Assembly: GCA_039621445.1 (NCBI GenBank)
Contig: CP154954.1
Span: 27,927,735-27,991,734 of the forward strand
DNA from: Euglena gracilis
Taxonomy: Eukaryota
Direction: 5' to 3'
Length of the DNA stretch: 64,000 bases
Shown: piece after piece, positions 1-22,300 of the stretch
Layout of the letters: each line of letters begins with the position of its first letter
How positions within the stretch are numbered: position 1 is the stretch's first letter
Notes under the pieces: generated by a model
The model's database searches: none
What the model was told of the DNA's origin: nothing
Seen by the model: only the letters and a program-made list of their open reading frames with translations
Translations under genes and position numbers: made by a program

Positions 1-994
1 ATTATTTGATCATTCAGATTACACGTCAACCGTGTGTTTGCATTTCTCGTTTTTTTGCATGATGCTTTGCGCTTCGGCGCAAGGTATTTCCTCACCAAGT
101 CCGCGCGCTGGCCGTTCAGAGAGGGGCCCCAACACACCGTACCACATCAGAGGGACTCCCATAAGCTCAGGGGGCTTCTGTTTTAAATTGCGCTTAAGCG
201 CAAATTTTTACCTTGCCTTCTGTGCCCGGCAGTGTGGGGCCTGGAGTTGCTCACCAGACGTTGGGACAGGTCCATGGGCTTGCCCTCAATCCCCCCAACA
301 CCGCCCGCCTGGGTGGTTCCCACTGTACCGCTCCTCGCACTTCAAGCACCCAGGGATCAGAACTCTGTGATGCCATTTTTTCCCAACTTTTCACAACGTG
401 CATGCAGAGTCCACCCTCTGGACGCCTCAGCAGGCAACCCTTAACGGACGCATCGCAGATCCCAAAAAAAACAACAAAAAGGGCCAAATTACACCCGGAT
501 TGTGTAGCACCATCAGGGGAGCACAGTAGAGGCTTCAAAAACGAGGGACTCGCAATGGGGGTTTTGGCACTTTTTGGGTGAAATTCACGTGTCCCGGCGG
601 TCAAACCCAGGGTTTTGAACCTTTTTAAAATGCTGCACAGGCTGAAAAACACCAAAATTGGGCCTGTTCCCCAGGTCCCAACATCGGAAAATGATGCACA
701 CGCCACCGTAGAGGGTCTCCGCGGAACTAGAGGGTCCAAAGGGTGGGTTCTACCGCCGGGTCTCAAAAAGTTTGAAAATTTGCGCCAAAGCGCAAGCTAA
801 AAATCAAAACCTTAAGTGCAAGTTAGGCCGCCTAAGATTTTGGGTTCATTTTTCAAAGCAACTTTCAAAAAATTTCCCAGCCAAAATCCTTATTTTTCAG
901 CTGAAGTGTATTAGGACAGATTTTTTTTTTGCTCAAGGACCGCCCTGACAGAAGAGCATCAAATCGCTTCATTATTCATTTTTTATTTTTCCAG

Positions 995-1118
995 GTTCAT
1001 GCAGCTGCGACAAATCGAAGCAGCCCGAGACATCGCTATCCTTCTGAGCAATGGCAAGAACCGCGTGATGCTGGATGCGGATACCCTGTTGCTTGACCTC
1101 AAGCCTCGGTCGTCGTAG
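995..1118 (+). CDS. PHB2: Last exon of a prohibitin (PHB2-like); upstream exons not identified in this window
   Basis: A polypyrimidine tract and CAG acceptor (992-994) precede (G)FMQLRQIEAARDIAILLSNGKNRVMLDADTLLLDLKPRSS* (TAG 1116-1118). This matches the prohibitin C-terminal motif LRxIEAAxxIA...NRV.L.AD.L.L, which is PHB2-type. Confidence 0.85.
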
Positions 1119-2717
1119 GTCACAAAGCATCTCCTCCTTTCTGTTATTTTTGCATTTTTTTCTCTGGCGGCAGACAGCACCACGAGTGCCTTCAGGGCTG
1201 CTTTGTACCTACCAATACCAGAGGGGGGGGTCAGACACCTCTTTCCCTCTCATTATTTGATGCGCATTTCACGTTTCCTCACCATTATGGCAGAAGCTGG
1301 CAAAGAGCCAAGCCATTTCCCTACTCCACATTTTCCCGCAGAACATCTTGCATGTTGGGGATGGTTCGCTCATTTTGGTGGGGAATGGCCCCGCTCAATA
1401 TTGCGGACAACCATCTGCACACCGTTGCGTTGTTGATGCACATCTCGTGTAAATGGCACGTTTCCGGGACATTGTCTGCCATTTTCAATTGCAGCGCTCT
1501 GAGGTTGCCACACCGTGTCGTTGACTCACACCTGCGTCAACGGCACATTCCTGGAACACTGCCGTGCCTTACCGGTGACCCTCAGCCGATGCAAAGGAGC
1601 AGATGCCCCCACCTTTCCCTCTCGGATGACTCGCACAGGGCGGCGACGGTTGTTTCTTGGCCGCTCCGGGCAGTGTCCGGCTGGGCAGGACTGTACCTAC
1701 CGCAGACCAGGAGCCTTTGGCCCCTCCTTTTCGCATGCTTCCAAATCGTCGTCGCCTCTGGTTGTTCCAAGCATGTCGCCATGCACCCGAGGGTTTTCAT
1801 GAGCGATGCCACACAGCGCATGTGATGTTGACCGCAATAGAAACGCGAGGTGTGCGTTCCCCACTGGCATTTGAAAGCTTTGATGATTTGGCCTGGAAAG
1901 CGGAGGCATCCCATGCTTCCTTAATGATAGCATACAATGCAGTCACTTTCATATGGAGTGCCACAGGTGACTCGCTACTCCTTCACGACTGTGCGCCGCT
2001 AACCTCGCCGATGCTGAGACTGAGTCGCAGCTGAAATGCTGGAGGCAAGACTGAGCCGCTCGTGGTCCGTTCGATATCTTTGGGGTTCTCTTCAAAGCTC
2101 TGTCCAACATGGGGGTCGAAAATGGGAAGTCGAAATTTGTTTTTGATGGATGAGCGATGGTCCAAGGATGGTGGAAATCAATTTCCCCCTGATTTCAACC
2201 TGTGCTTGCCGACGAACGCCGATTTCACAAGTAATTCCTGTGTATAGTTCAATGTCCCAGGATTATTTTTTTTTTAATTTCAGGTCCGCTTTCTTTACCA
2301 TGGATGCCCACAGCAATTTAATTTGCAGCATCACATCTGCCAAGCCCCCGAGAGTCAACTGCTCAGGGTTACAAAGCTCTTGGATATTGCGATTTCCATA
2401 TGTGCCAAGTATCAAGGTCGGGATGTAGCTTTTGTAGATTGCTGCAGGGTGCCTTACAGTTTCCCACAAAAATTGGAGTCTTTTGTTGGATTAGGACCCA
2501 GAAAAGATGATGTTAATCCGGCTTTTCTTGTTTGTTTTGGATTTTGGATGGCTTCTTTGCTTTGGCCACCTGCCTATGGCAATTAATTGGTCCTTGCCAA
2601 GTGATCTCTACCTGTTGTCCTCCCCTTTCAAAATATGCCCCCCCCCAAACAACAGGGTGGGGTCTGCTGACCCCAGACCCCCCGGAGGTCAGCACAAACC
2701 ACACGGGGGGGGGGGTA

Positions 2718-3014
2718 GATCTGGCCTGGGGGGGGGGGTAGTGGGCCGACCTTAGGTCGGCCCACGGTCGCCAAAGGTCGCCAAAGGTCGCCCTTGGTCG
2801 ATGTCAAAAAGCGTTCACCCGGGCAAATTAGCGCGACATACAAACAAAAGGAGTTGCACACACAAGGTATTTTCTTATTTTAGGGCCGCCGAACAGTTGC
2901 CTGCGGCGCTACAATGCAAAAAAAAAAACTGAGTAGGAAATACCCATAACGACCTTTGGTGACCGTGGGCCGACCTAAGGTTGGCCCACTACACCCCCCC
3001 CCCCAGGCCAGATC
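2718..3014. mobile_element. MITE with ~60-bp TIRs (poly-G, TAGTGGG, internal palindromes)
   Basis: GATCTGGCCTG(n)TAGTGGGCCGACCTTAGGTCGGCCCACGGTCGCCAAAGGTCG has an inverted copy ending CAGGCCAGATC. Confidence 0.75.
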
Positions 3015-3747
3015 CGGGAACCCAAACCACACAGTGACACAGTTAACCACCCAAATATAAAGCCCTCCCGGCTTTATATATGAGTGGGATTTCAAGACCC
3101 TCAGAGGGGGCTGAAATTGGGGGGGGGGGGCTTCATATTTGGGGGGATCAAACTTTGCTAGGTGGGCTATAGCTGGCGTCCTTCAACTTCAGTCAAATTC
3201 CAATTTTTATTCGGGGGGGGGTCACTATTCGGAAAAGCGGTCGAAAACCAGGGGGTCCGAGCATTATCGAAGAAATTTCTTTGTGGGTCTACATTTCAAC
3301 CAACGTTCTGAATAGTAGTCCCCGGGGGCTTCTATTCAGGGGGTTTACTCTTGTGGATGCATTGGATCATTAAACGTAAACTCACCCAACCCTCATTTAA
3401 CCAATGGCTGAAGAAAGCACTTGCCGTCCCAATTGACAGACAATCCATGGGGAGGGCCTCCTATTCGGGGGGGGGGGCTTCTATTCAGGGAGGGGTTTCC
3501 AACACTTCCCCCCAAAAATGTGCAATTTTTATCTGGAAATGGAGCTGTCTGGTAAAAAAAGTTCATCTACCCAAAGATGTCTGCTTTTTCCTGAATGGCA
3601 CCATTGCCTGGCTCCATATTGGGGGGGGACCTGGGTGGCTTTATGTTTGGGGGGAGGGGTGATACCTACTCGGTACACCACCCTCGCCTGGCTGGCTGGC
3701 CCCCGCAGCGGCCGCCCGGTATCCCCACCGCGCTGCATGGCCGCGGC

Positions 3748-13568
<9,821 letters not shown>

Positions 13569-13920
13569 CCCTCGCTGGTCCTGGCTGCAGCCTGGGCCAC
13601 CGTCCCCCCCCCCCCACGTACCTCGTCAGCATCACTGCACACTGCAGCCCGTCCACCACATTGTGCAAAAACTGTGTGCAAAGATTGCGTTCCGCTGCTT
13701 TGTCAGGCTTCAAACGGGCCTCCATACCATCATCCGACCATTTGGCGCTCTCTCAAAGAAACTGGTCCTTCACTTCCCCCACCATTGCCTTGTGCCAGAG
13801 TATTCAGAGCAGACCTTGCCAGAATGGAGTGCAGGCAGAACCCCCCCCCCTGGGGCTCTGTTTGTTGCCTGTGTCTTACCTCCACGTGCGGCATGATTTC
13901 AAAGGCTCAGCGGGCATCTG

Positions 13921-13948
13921 CTGCCCCCCCTCACTGCAGGTCAGCAGT
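13921..13948 (+). promoter_or_regulatory. Candidate spliced-leader trans-splice (or 5'UTR intron) acceptor upstream of KRI1
   Basis: A pyrimidine-rich run ends in CAG (13937-13939), 9 nt before the ATG at 13949. Euglenozoan mRNAs are SL trans-spliced. Confidence 0.35.
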
Positions 13949-16276
13949 ATGGCTGCCGAGCCCAAGAAGGCTGCACTGCTTGGCAGTGACGACAGTGACG
14001 GGGAGGCGGCGCCGAAGAAGCTCTCGCTGTTCGGCGAGGACGACGACGGGCCGGCCGAGGAGGGGGAGGGGGCGGTGCCCAGCGCCCTCAACTCCCTGCA
14101 AGTTGGCCAGGGCCTGGCAGACCGTTCAAGTTGGGGAAATGGGGACCCAAAGCACGCATGATCGTGCTACGAATGAGCAGTCGATCAATGGGGGGGCACT
14201 CACCACACAACAAACTGGGCCAGAAAAGTTAGCGCCGGCCATAAAGAGACAAGAAGCCTTAGTGCAACTAAGGGGGGGGGGGGGTGGATCAAGAGAATTT
14301 CTCCCACGTTCATGGTGAATTCTAGATACATAGAACTCACAAAACTCATGAAAGTTAAAGTTCATTTTGCAAAGCCATTCATCCCTGATTTACCCCCCAG
14401 TGTTAAAATCTTGGCAAGGTTTCCCTAGGCTTTACGTTGAAGGAGGGTAAATTTCCCCTGCTGCAAAACAATGTTTTGTCAAACAAGTTCACCATAGTTT
14501 TGTCAGCTTCCATCAGCTTTTTGCAAAAATTTTCGTTCCCACCTTTTTTCTCTTTGTGGGGGGGATGGACTTTCTCAGGTACCAGGTAATTCAACAAAGA
14601 AGAAATGAAGCATCAAGTGTGGACCCGTCCAAAATGGTAACCCTGAATCACGCCCTCCACATACACAAATGTTATGTGCAAATGCAATATTTTCATATGT
14701 GTGGTGTGTACAGATGTATATCCATATAAGCACCAGGTTTATTAAAGCTGGCGGGTGCTGGGTTGCGCGCTGGGGTCACAAGAACCGAACTCAATTGTCT
14801 ACAGAAATTTTCTTTTCCCTTCCCAACGGCAACCCACCAGGCCTTGGGGGGGACAAGAAGTATGCCTCAACGCTGCTGCGTCGGAAGCGGGAGCAGGAGC
14901 TGCGGCTGATGAGGCAGAAATTCGGGAACCAGGGGGTTTTCCAAGCCAGTGTGGACCCCACCCTGGGGGGGGGGGCGGCCAGCACCTTTTCCCCAACCAG
15001 CAAGGGAGTCGGTTTTTGGGGGTGTAGTGTCACAGTACACCTCCAGTGCTGATGGCATGCTGAGAGTGGCCATTTCCAAGGGACGTTGACCCAAACTGAC
15101 CCCTTCTCCTGCCGTTGGAGCAACAACCACCCCCAGGCGCCACCTCTCTTTACAGAAAAGCCTGATCACAACCCAGGGCAGCCAGCTGAATATTGCTCTC
15201 CCACCCTCAGATGGTCCACAACAGCCAGCGCCTTCCAGCTGGCCTCTCCCCCTATGGTCCGAAGAAAGCCCCCTGTCAGCGATGCAGGGGATGACGACGA
15301 TGACCTCTCCACAGACGAGACGTCGGACGAGGACGGCTTCATGCTGAGCGACAAGAAGAAGATCGAGATCTCCAACGTGCTGCAGGCAGTCCGGGCTGGG
15401 GGTCAAGGGGCCGCTCGAGGCTCTGTCCGGAAACTCACACAGAATACCCCTGTCTGCTGGGGGGTGGTTCGGCCGCTCAAGCAGGGCAAGGCGTAATCTG
15501 TGACGTCTCCTTTGTTGTTTGAACAGTTTAACGTTTGTTTTCTTTTTGAGCACATTGATAGCGAAGGCCTCAAGTGTTGTCACATCCATTTGCATTTGTG
15601 TGCATTTGTGCAGAAAGGAGTCGCCAGACTGACTGCATAACTTAGCAAGTTGCTCCTTGTGCTAACCCTGTCTCTAAGCACCTGCCATCCCCTCTTCCCC
15701 CTAACAGTTGAGTGGCGCCGTGAGCGTGACACGTCCCGCCTCCAGGAGGAGCGGTTCTTCTACGACAGCGAGTCCGGCAGCTCCACGGATGGTGGGTACG
15801 TCACCGACCCGCAGAAGAAGGGCCGCTACACCGTGAAGTCCCAACTGTGGGACGCTCTCGGGGACGACGAGGACCTGAGCAAGGCCAGCGCCCACCATCC
15901 CTGTGATGAGGAACAGCGAGCACATAGCAAGCTGGCACGGGAGAGAGTGGAAATGGGCAGAGGAATTATCTCCGGCAAATAATTTATACGCTGGAGAAGG
16001 TTGTGTTCACAGTGTCCGCCTGATGTATTGTTAGGCTGTGGCAGTGTGTGTGCGCGCATGCGTGTGTGCGTACATGTGGATCACTGGTGTTGTGTACCGC
16101 CTTCACATGGAAAGTTTGCCCACTGGTCATGGAGAGTATTTCTTCTGTTCTGCCACCATAATTTTTATGGTGACAGAACGATTTTATGGCGACGTGTGGG
16201 ACTGTCTTGCAGCAGACCCACACGTCGCCCCGTACCACCACAACCCCACACTGACAGTCAAAATGATAGACAGACC

Positions 16277-16316
<40 letters not shown>

Positions 16317-19300
16317 GGCAGACAGACAGACAGACAGACAGACAGACAGCAGATGCGACTTGCAACGGCTGCCATCCAATTTTCCCGAATGGTGGGCGGT
16401 GCCGAGGCTCGAAGACCTGGCTCGGACCTATGAGGACCAGGACAGGCAGGGGAACCAAATGATCCCTGCAGCTGAGCGGCAGAAGGCGAAGGAGGAGTTC
16501 CTGGCGCTTGTGCGGGAGGCGGAGACCGGGATGCAGAACTGGTCGCTGAAGGTGTGCGGCAGGGCATGAGCCTTCGCACATTCTCTGGTCGTCATGACGA
16601 GTCGCTTGCCAGCAGGAACAGGCTCCTTGTCAACCCGGAAGACCCCGGCGGGGAGGGACCCTGTCCCAGTCCCCTCGTCAAGAGGGGGTCTGAGTATGAG
16701 CAAGCCCAAGGCACCGAATATTCTCTGAAAAAAAAATGGCCAACGATGACAGGGAAGTGGAGTCCTGCCGACCTGGGTGGGTCCACCATTTCCCAGGGAC
16801 CAGAAAAAGAAGCCTAATTGGGAAGTTGGTGTGACGTGTTTTTCTTCGTCTTATTCAAAGGCACCGCACATTCCAAGCTGCCACGCCCCTCCCAACTCCC
16901 ACAAACACTTGACACCAGAGGGGAGCATGTGCAAAGCAAAAAAAAATCTCCAGGTGAAAACGACGATTTGAAATATTGAAGACGGCACAAAACTACAAAA
17001 AAATTTCGGGTGCACATTTTGAGACCAAGGCCATTGAAGAATAAACAAAAATATGAACAAAATTCACCGATGTGCAGGTAACGCCCCCAGATCCCTCTCC
17101 TTCTTCTAATTATCATTATTTTGGGTTCCTCGCCAGGCTGAACCCAACGCAGTGCAGCCTGCCATCAAGGTTCAAATGGATCCGGAGAGGTGGGAGTGCC
17201 ACACCCCGAGGCTTCAAACCGGAGACTTGCGCCAACGTGATGCCCACCTCGGTGCCGCCGCCCAAGTGCCCAAACGTTTTGGTGCCCAAGCACACAAAGG
17301 TGGGTTGGCCCGTGCCCCGCCACTGTCACAGGAACGGCAGCCCTCGGCAGAGGACGCCGCGACGGCCCGGGAGCTGGACTCCAAGTTCTGGCAGACCCGG
17401 CAGGGGCGGGCGCTGAAGCGGGACCTGGATCGCCGCGTGCAGGCCCGGGCCAAGCTGGAGCAGCTGTTCTCCAACGAGCAGGGCGGGCGGGAACGGCTGC
17501 CCCGCCTCCTTTTTTTGTTGTGCCACATGCAGAGGGGGCTGCTGCACATTTATGCCTTTTGAAGAGGACACCGGAAACCTCATTCTGTCTGGTTCTGGCT
17601 CGTACACCGAGAGCACCCTCAGTGAACTGGTTGCAGCAGCACACGGTTTGATGAATGTCAAAATACAATCATGGGGTGCCTGCAAGACATTTATCTTTGT
17701 CAAAAAAAAAACTTGCACCAGCCTACCCTCATTGCTGACTGCTTGGCATTTCCCAACCCAGGTTGTGCCTGGGACCAGCGGTCCCACTTGCCCTGGCCTC
17801 AGTTCCAAGGATCCCAAGGAGGCATTCCTGAAGAACCAGTGCCCCCCTGGACTGGAAACCTGGGACCACTTCGGGGAGACAAGGTTCCATCCGCCCGGCG
17901 GAAAGATGGTTGTGACATGGGGGGCCCTGCGCCGACTACTTCATAAACGACGGATGGTCGTGGACAAAGGCAACGGAGGAGGCGGAGGAGGCAAAACCGA
18001 AGCGGAGGTCGGCCAAATCCCGAGGGGAGGCGGCCGGCGAGGAGGAGGAAGAGGAAGGGGGCCCAGAAGAACCTCCGGAGGCCCCTTCATCCACTGGCCA
18101 CACCCGAGGTGACTTCGAATGTTCTTGCTGGCAAGGAAGTTTTTTTTTGTTTTTGCAAATTTAATCTTTCATTTTTGTGTCCTGCTCCAGAGATATAGCA
18201 TGGAAATTGGAGAATTCGGAATTAAATTATGATTTGTTCTGTCATCCGATTATTCTTCTTGTTATTGACATGACAACTCCCACCCCTTTATGGGTTGAGC
18301 AGGGGTTGTGTGGAGATTCATACAACTATTTTAAGGCTCATATTTCATCACCCTTGGCAAAGCATCAAAAGCTGAAGAAATCTGATAGAAGGGAGAGGAA
18401 GGGAAGCACTGCCAGCTAAGCAAATGTATGTGAGGAAGGAGATATGCAATATTTTGTTCTGTTTCTTGTTTGTTTCAAATATGGTGCTCATTTCTTTTCT
18501 GGCTAAAAATCCTCTTTGTTCACCACCTCACGTGTGCTTGGGAGGACGAGGAGTTCACCAACAACCAAGAGGTTTTTGAACATGCATATGAAGAGTTCAA
18601 GTACCACCACCAAGAAGAGGTATATGTGGCCTTTTGTTCACAGTGGGTTTGCACAGGGGAGAGAGTATGCAAGTTGCATAAGTTGCATCTGTTTTGCACA
18701 ATACAAATTCTGGATAATTTTCTTTTTTTTTGCACAGTTTTCATTTTTTTTTGCACAATGAAAATGTTGGAACGTGTGCATTTTTTGAACATTTTTTTTT
18801 GTGTTTTGACCCGCCATTCTCCAAAATTTTCAATGTTATTTCACAGGGAAATCTTCTACCTCATCAGAATCACATGCGTCAAATCAAATCACAGGCATCA
18901 TGAAGTTGCATACACCAAATCAAATCACAGGCATCTTGAAGTCACATACACCAATTTTTGTATTTGTATTTTCAGTTGTTGCATCATGAAAATGGGTGAA
19001 TGCAATTGGGCAGGCAACCGTGGCACTATGCAAGTTTGCATCACGCTTGCTTTTGGTGGACAATTTTTTCTATGGTTCCTTCTTTTTCGTATTTTTTTCA
19101 AAATAAATGTGGAAACGCTTTTGTTCATGCTTCCGTGCTTTTTGGTGGATAAAAGTTCGAATGATTGTTCAAAATGTGCACTGTGTTGCAGGATGAAAAA
19201 TGTTGCATAATGAAAAATAGCCCCTGGCGCAGATGAAAGATTTTCTCCACCAGCCTACCCCTGCTGATTTTACATGTTGGGAAGTTGCCATTTTCGCTCG

Positions 19301-22300
19301 TATTTGATGACTCGTCAGAAAAAAATTCCTAAGATAAGGAAAGCAACATGGTTGGCCTGAATGCCTTCCAGCTAGGATTGGGCCTCACAGTTCTGAGATT
19401 GAAATGCCCCCCCCATTTTCTCAATTTGCTCGCTGGACAGGTGGAATCCGCCATATTATTGAAACATTGGCCATCACAGGAAGTAGTGTACAGTCTGACT
19501 TTTTTCAAAAAAGGTTGGTGAGATGGCAAATCCTTGAGAGGACAGGCTCAAAGGAAGTTGACAGCGACAGGCAAGACACAGGGAGAGGAGGTTCACTCCA
19601 ACTGGAACACCAATGCAAAGCCTTAGTTAATTTCCCCTCTGAACCGTTGTTGGGGATGCGAGCAAACTTTTTTTCACCTTTGAGTTTCCTCATTTCCAAA
19701 TTTAACTTGACAGTCTAAAGTTTAAACTTGAACGCTTAAAGTTTAAAGTTTAAAGTTTTTTTTAAACGACCCAGGGACCCAGCGTGGGCAGTTGGGCCTG
19801 GCCCGACCAGGCTTCTTTTTAACTTGGAAGACCCCCGGGCCGGGGCCAGACCCCCCAGGGGCTCCTGGGCCAGAGGCCCAGGCGTGGGTTTCAGTGCGAA
19901 TGCGACCGCCAATTTTTTTTTGGAAAATGCCCTTAGACGGCCCGATTGGGGTGGTCCCCACCAGGGGTCTTAAAAAGAAGCCTGGGCCCAACCCCTGGGG
20001 CCGGCCTGGGTGGGGGTTTTGGGGCAAAAAAAACTGCCCAGGTGACAGTTGATGGGGGGGTGCAAATCGGGGGGGGGGGCAACAAGGCAGCTCAAGGTAT
20101 GCAAAATGTGCAAAAGGGTGCAAATTATGAGAAAGGTGCATTTTTTTGAAAGGGCCCAAAGGGCCCAAAACCGACCCTCCCGGGGGGTGGGGGGTGTCTG
20201 GTATGGGCAGGAACCCCATGCCAAGGCACCCCCGGGCTTGTCAAAAGAAGCCTGTGCGCACCCCTGCACAGGCTTCATAGTCTGCTGGGCTGCCTTCCCA
20301 CTGGGGTCCACAGGGCTTCACGGAGCAGATTGCGGCGCCGCAGATGGGGCCCAGCCTGCGGCGCAAGGAGTCGGCCCGCAAGAAGCGGCGGGAGCTGCAG
20401 GCAGAGAAGGAGGCAGAGCGGGAGCGCACGTTCCAGGAGGAACTGAGCTCAGGCGACCCCTGGAACGTGATTGATGGTGGACTGCGCTGACGAGTGTGTG
20501 CATGAGGGGGGTTACATATGTGTCTGTCGAGCGGGTATTTGTGGGTTGTGCACATTGCGTGTTGTGTGTTGTGCTGTATGTCTACTATGTTGCGTGTGAA
20601 ATTGAACAGTTTGTGTATTGCAAGGGTCTCATGGCGCTGCCGCGTGAAGATGCAGAAGAAGAAAGCATTGCAAGAGAAGTCAGCCCTGCTGAAGGAGATT
20701 GCGGGCGCCAAAAGCCGAAAGCCACTCATACAGTGTCCGTCTGTATGTATTAATGCGCATATTGCTGGACCGCAAAATAAATAATAAAGGTTCATAATTG
20801 GCGCACTGGGTTACCTGAACTGGGAAAAAGTGTCATGGGCAATTTATTTCAGCGCCTTTTTGTTTTGTCAATAACAGTGGCCTCCGCAAATTTTTCTGCA
20901 TTTCAACATGTTGTGGAATGTCCAACGCTGCAGAATTTACGGGGGCAAAGGAGAGGAATATGAAATTGTGTGAAGGGCTGCGGTCAGGCTTTTGCTTAAG
21001 GACCCGGGGGGGGGTATTGGCTAGCCAATCGGCTAGACACTGGAAAAAGTGGACTAGCTAGACCCCCCCTCCCCCAGGGGGGGGGTCCGGGGGTCCCCCG
21101 GACTGGAAAAAAATTTTCCTCCGGCGCACAGCGCCAGAGGAAAAATAAGGTTTTTAACAGGTTTTTGGCTGATTTTGTTCCAAAAATTCCCAAAAATGGC
21201 CAAAAACGGGCATTTTTTGGCCATTTTTGGGGGTCCCAAAAAAAATTTTCGGCGCTTCGCGCCGGTCACTGGAAAAAAAATTACACTAGCTAGCTCTGCT
21301 AGAAAACCCACTAGCCAAATTTGGACTAGCTGCAGTCCAGCCCCCCCGGGGGGGGGGGGGTACTGCAATCCCTTAAGCAAAAGCCTGGCTGCGGTGCACT
21401 GGCGGAGGAGCCGGACCCCGAGCCAAGCGATGGGTCGCCCCGGCACAGAGTGGGTCTCGCCCGCAAGGACCGCTTCTCGGCGGACCTCCTGCACAAGATC
21501 CGCCACGCCTCCCTGGAGGAGTACGACCAGCTCATGTCGCAGGTGTTCAACGACGACTATTACGAGGAGGCGGACACCGTGCAGGGCCCCGCTGAGGGCC
21601 GAGCAGGGCCCCAGAGGCTGCATGGGCGAAAACGATGGTTCCAGTCATTTGGCACCCGTCCAGGTCATTTCCTTTTTCGGGGGAACATAGACACCCCGAA
21701 GTCATAACCCCCTACCCCCCCCCAGTCGTACGACCACCCCTCATTTAGGACCACCCCCCGGTCACAGGTTGCAGGTTATGGAGGTGTTACGACCCCCCCC
21801 CCCGGTCACAGGTTGCAGGAACCCGGTTATATGACAAGGGGGGGGCGGGTAATAGTGCTGCGGGGCCAATAGAGCTGCAGGTCCAAATAGTGCTGCACCC
21901 CCCGCCGGATGAAGCGAGCGTCCAATAGTGCTGCACCCCCCCCAAATCACAGCAATGTGAAATGCGTAGAAGCTGGTGCAGCCCACTGCAGCACCTTTTT
22001 TAATCCGCAGAGAGGGGAAAGGGGGCAAATTCCCACCCGAACAACTCACAGAAGTCGTCCGAAGATGAACCACACAACCTCACCAGCCTCAGACAAGGAC
22101 ATTGAGCAGACAAATAGGGTGCCTGTGGTGATAGGTCGGGACTAAGAGGCACCCAGTCCAATAGCACCCCCACCGCGGGAGGCGGCCGTCCAATAGAACT
22201 GCGGGTGCAATACTATTTGGGGGGTTTACACACAAAATTGCGCACAGATATGTCACCCTCATATCAAACGACCACCCTGTCAAGCGATCATCCCCTCTGA

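Noticed and set aside
1350-2560. Balanced-composition region with short ORFs, possibly a decayed gene or TE on the minus strand
   Set aside because: No recognisable motif or consistent frame.
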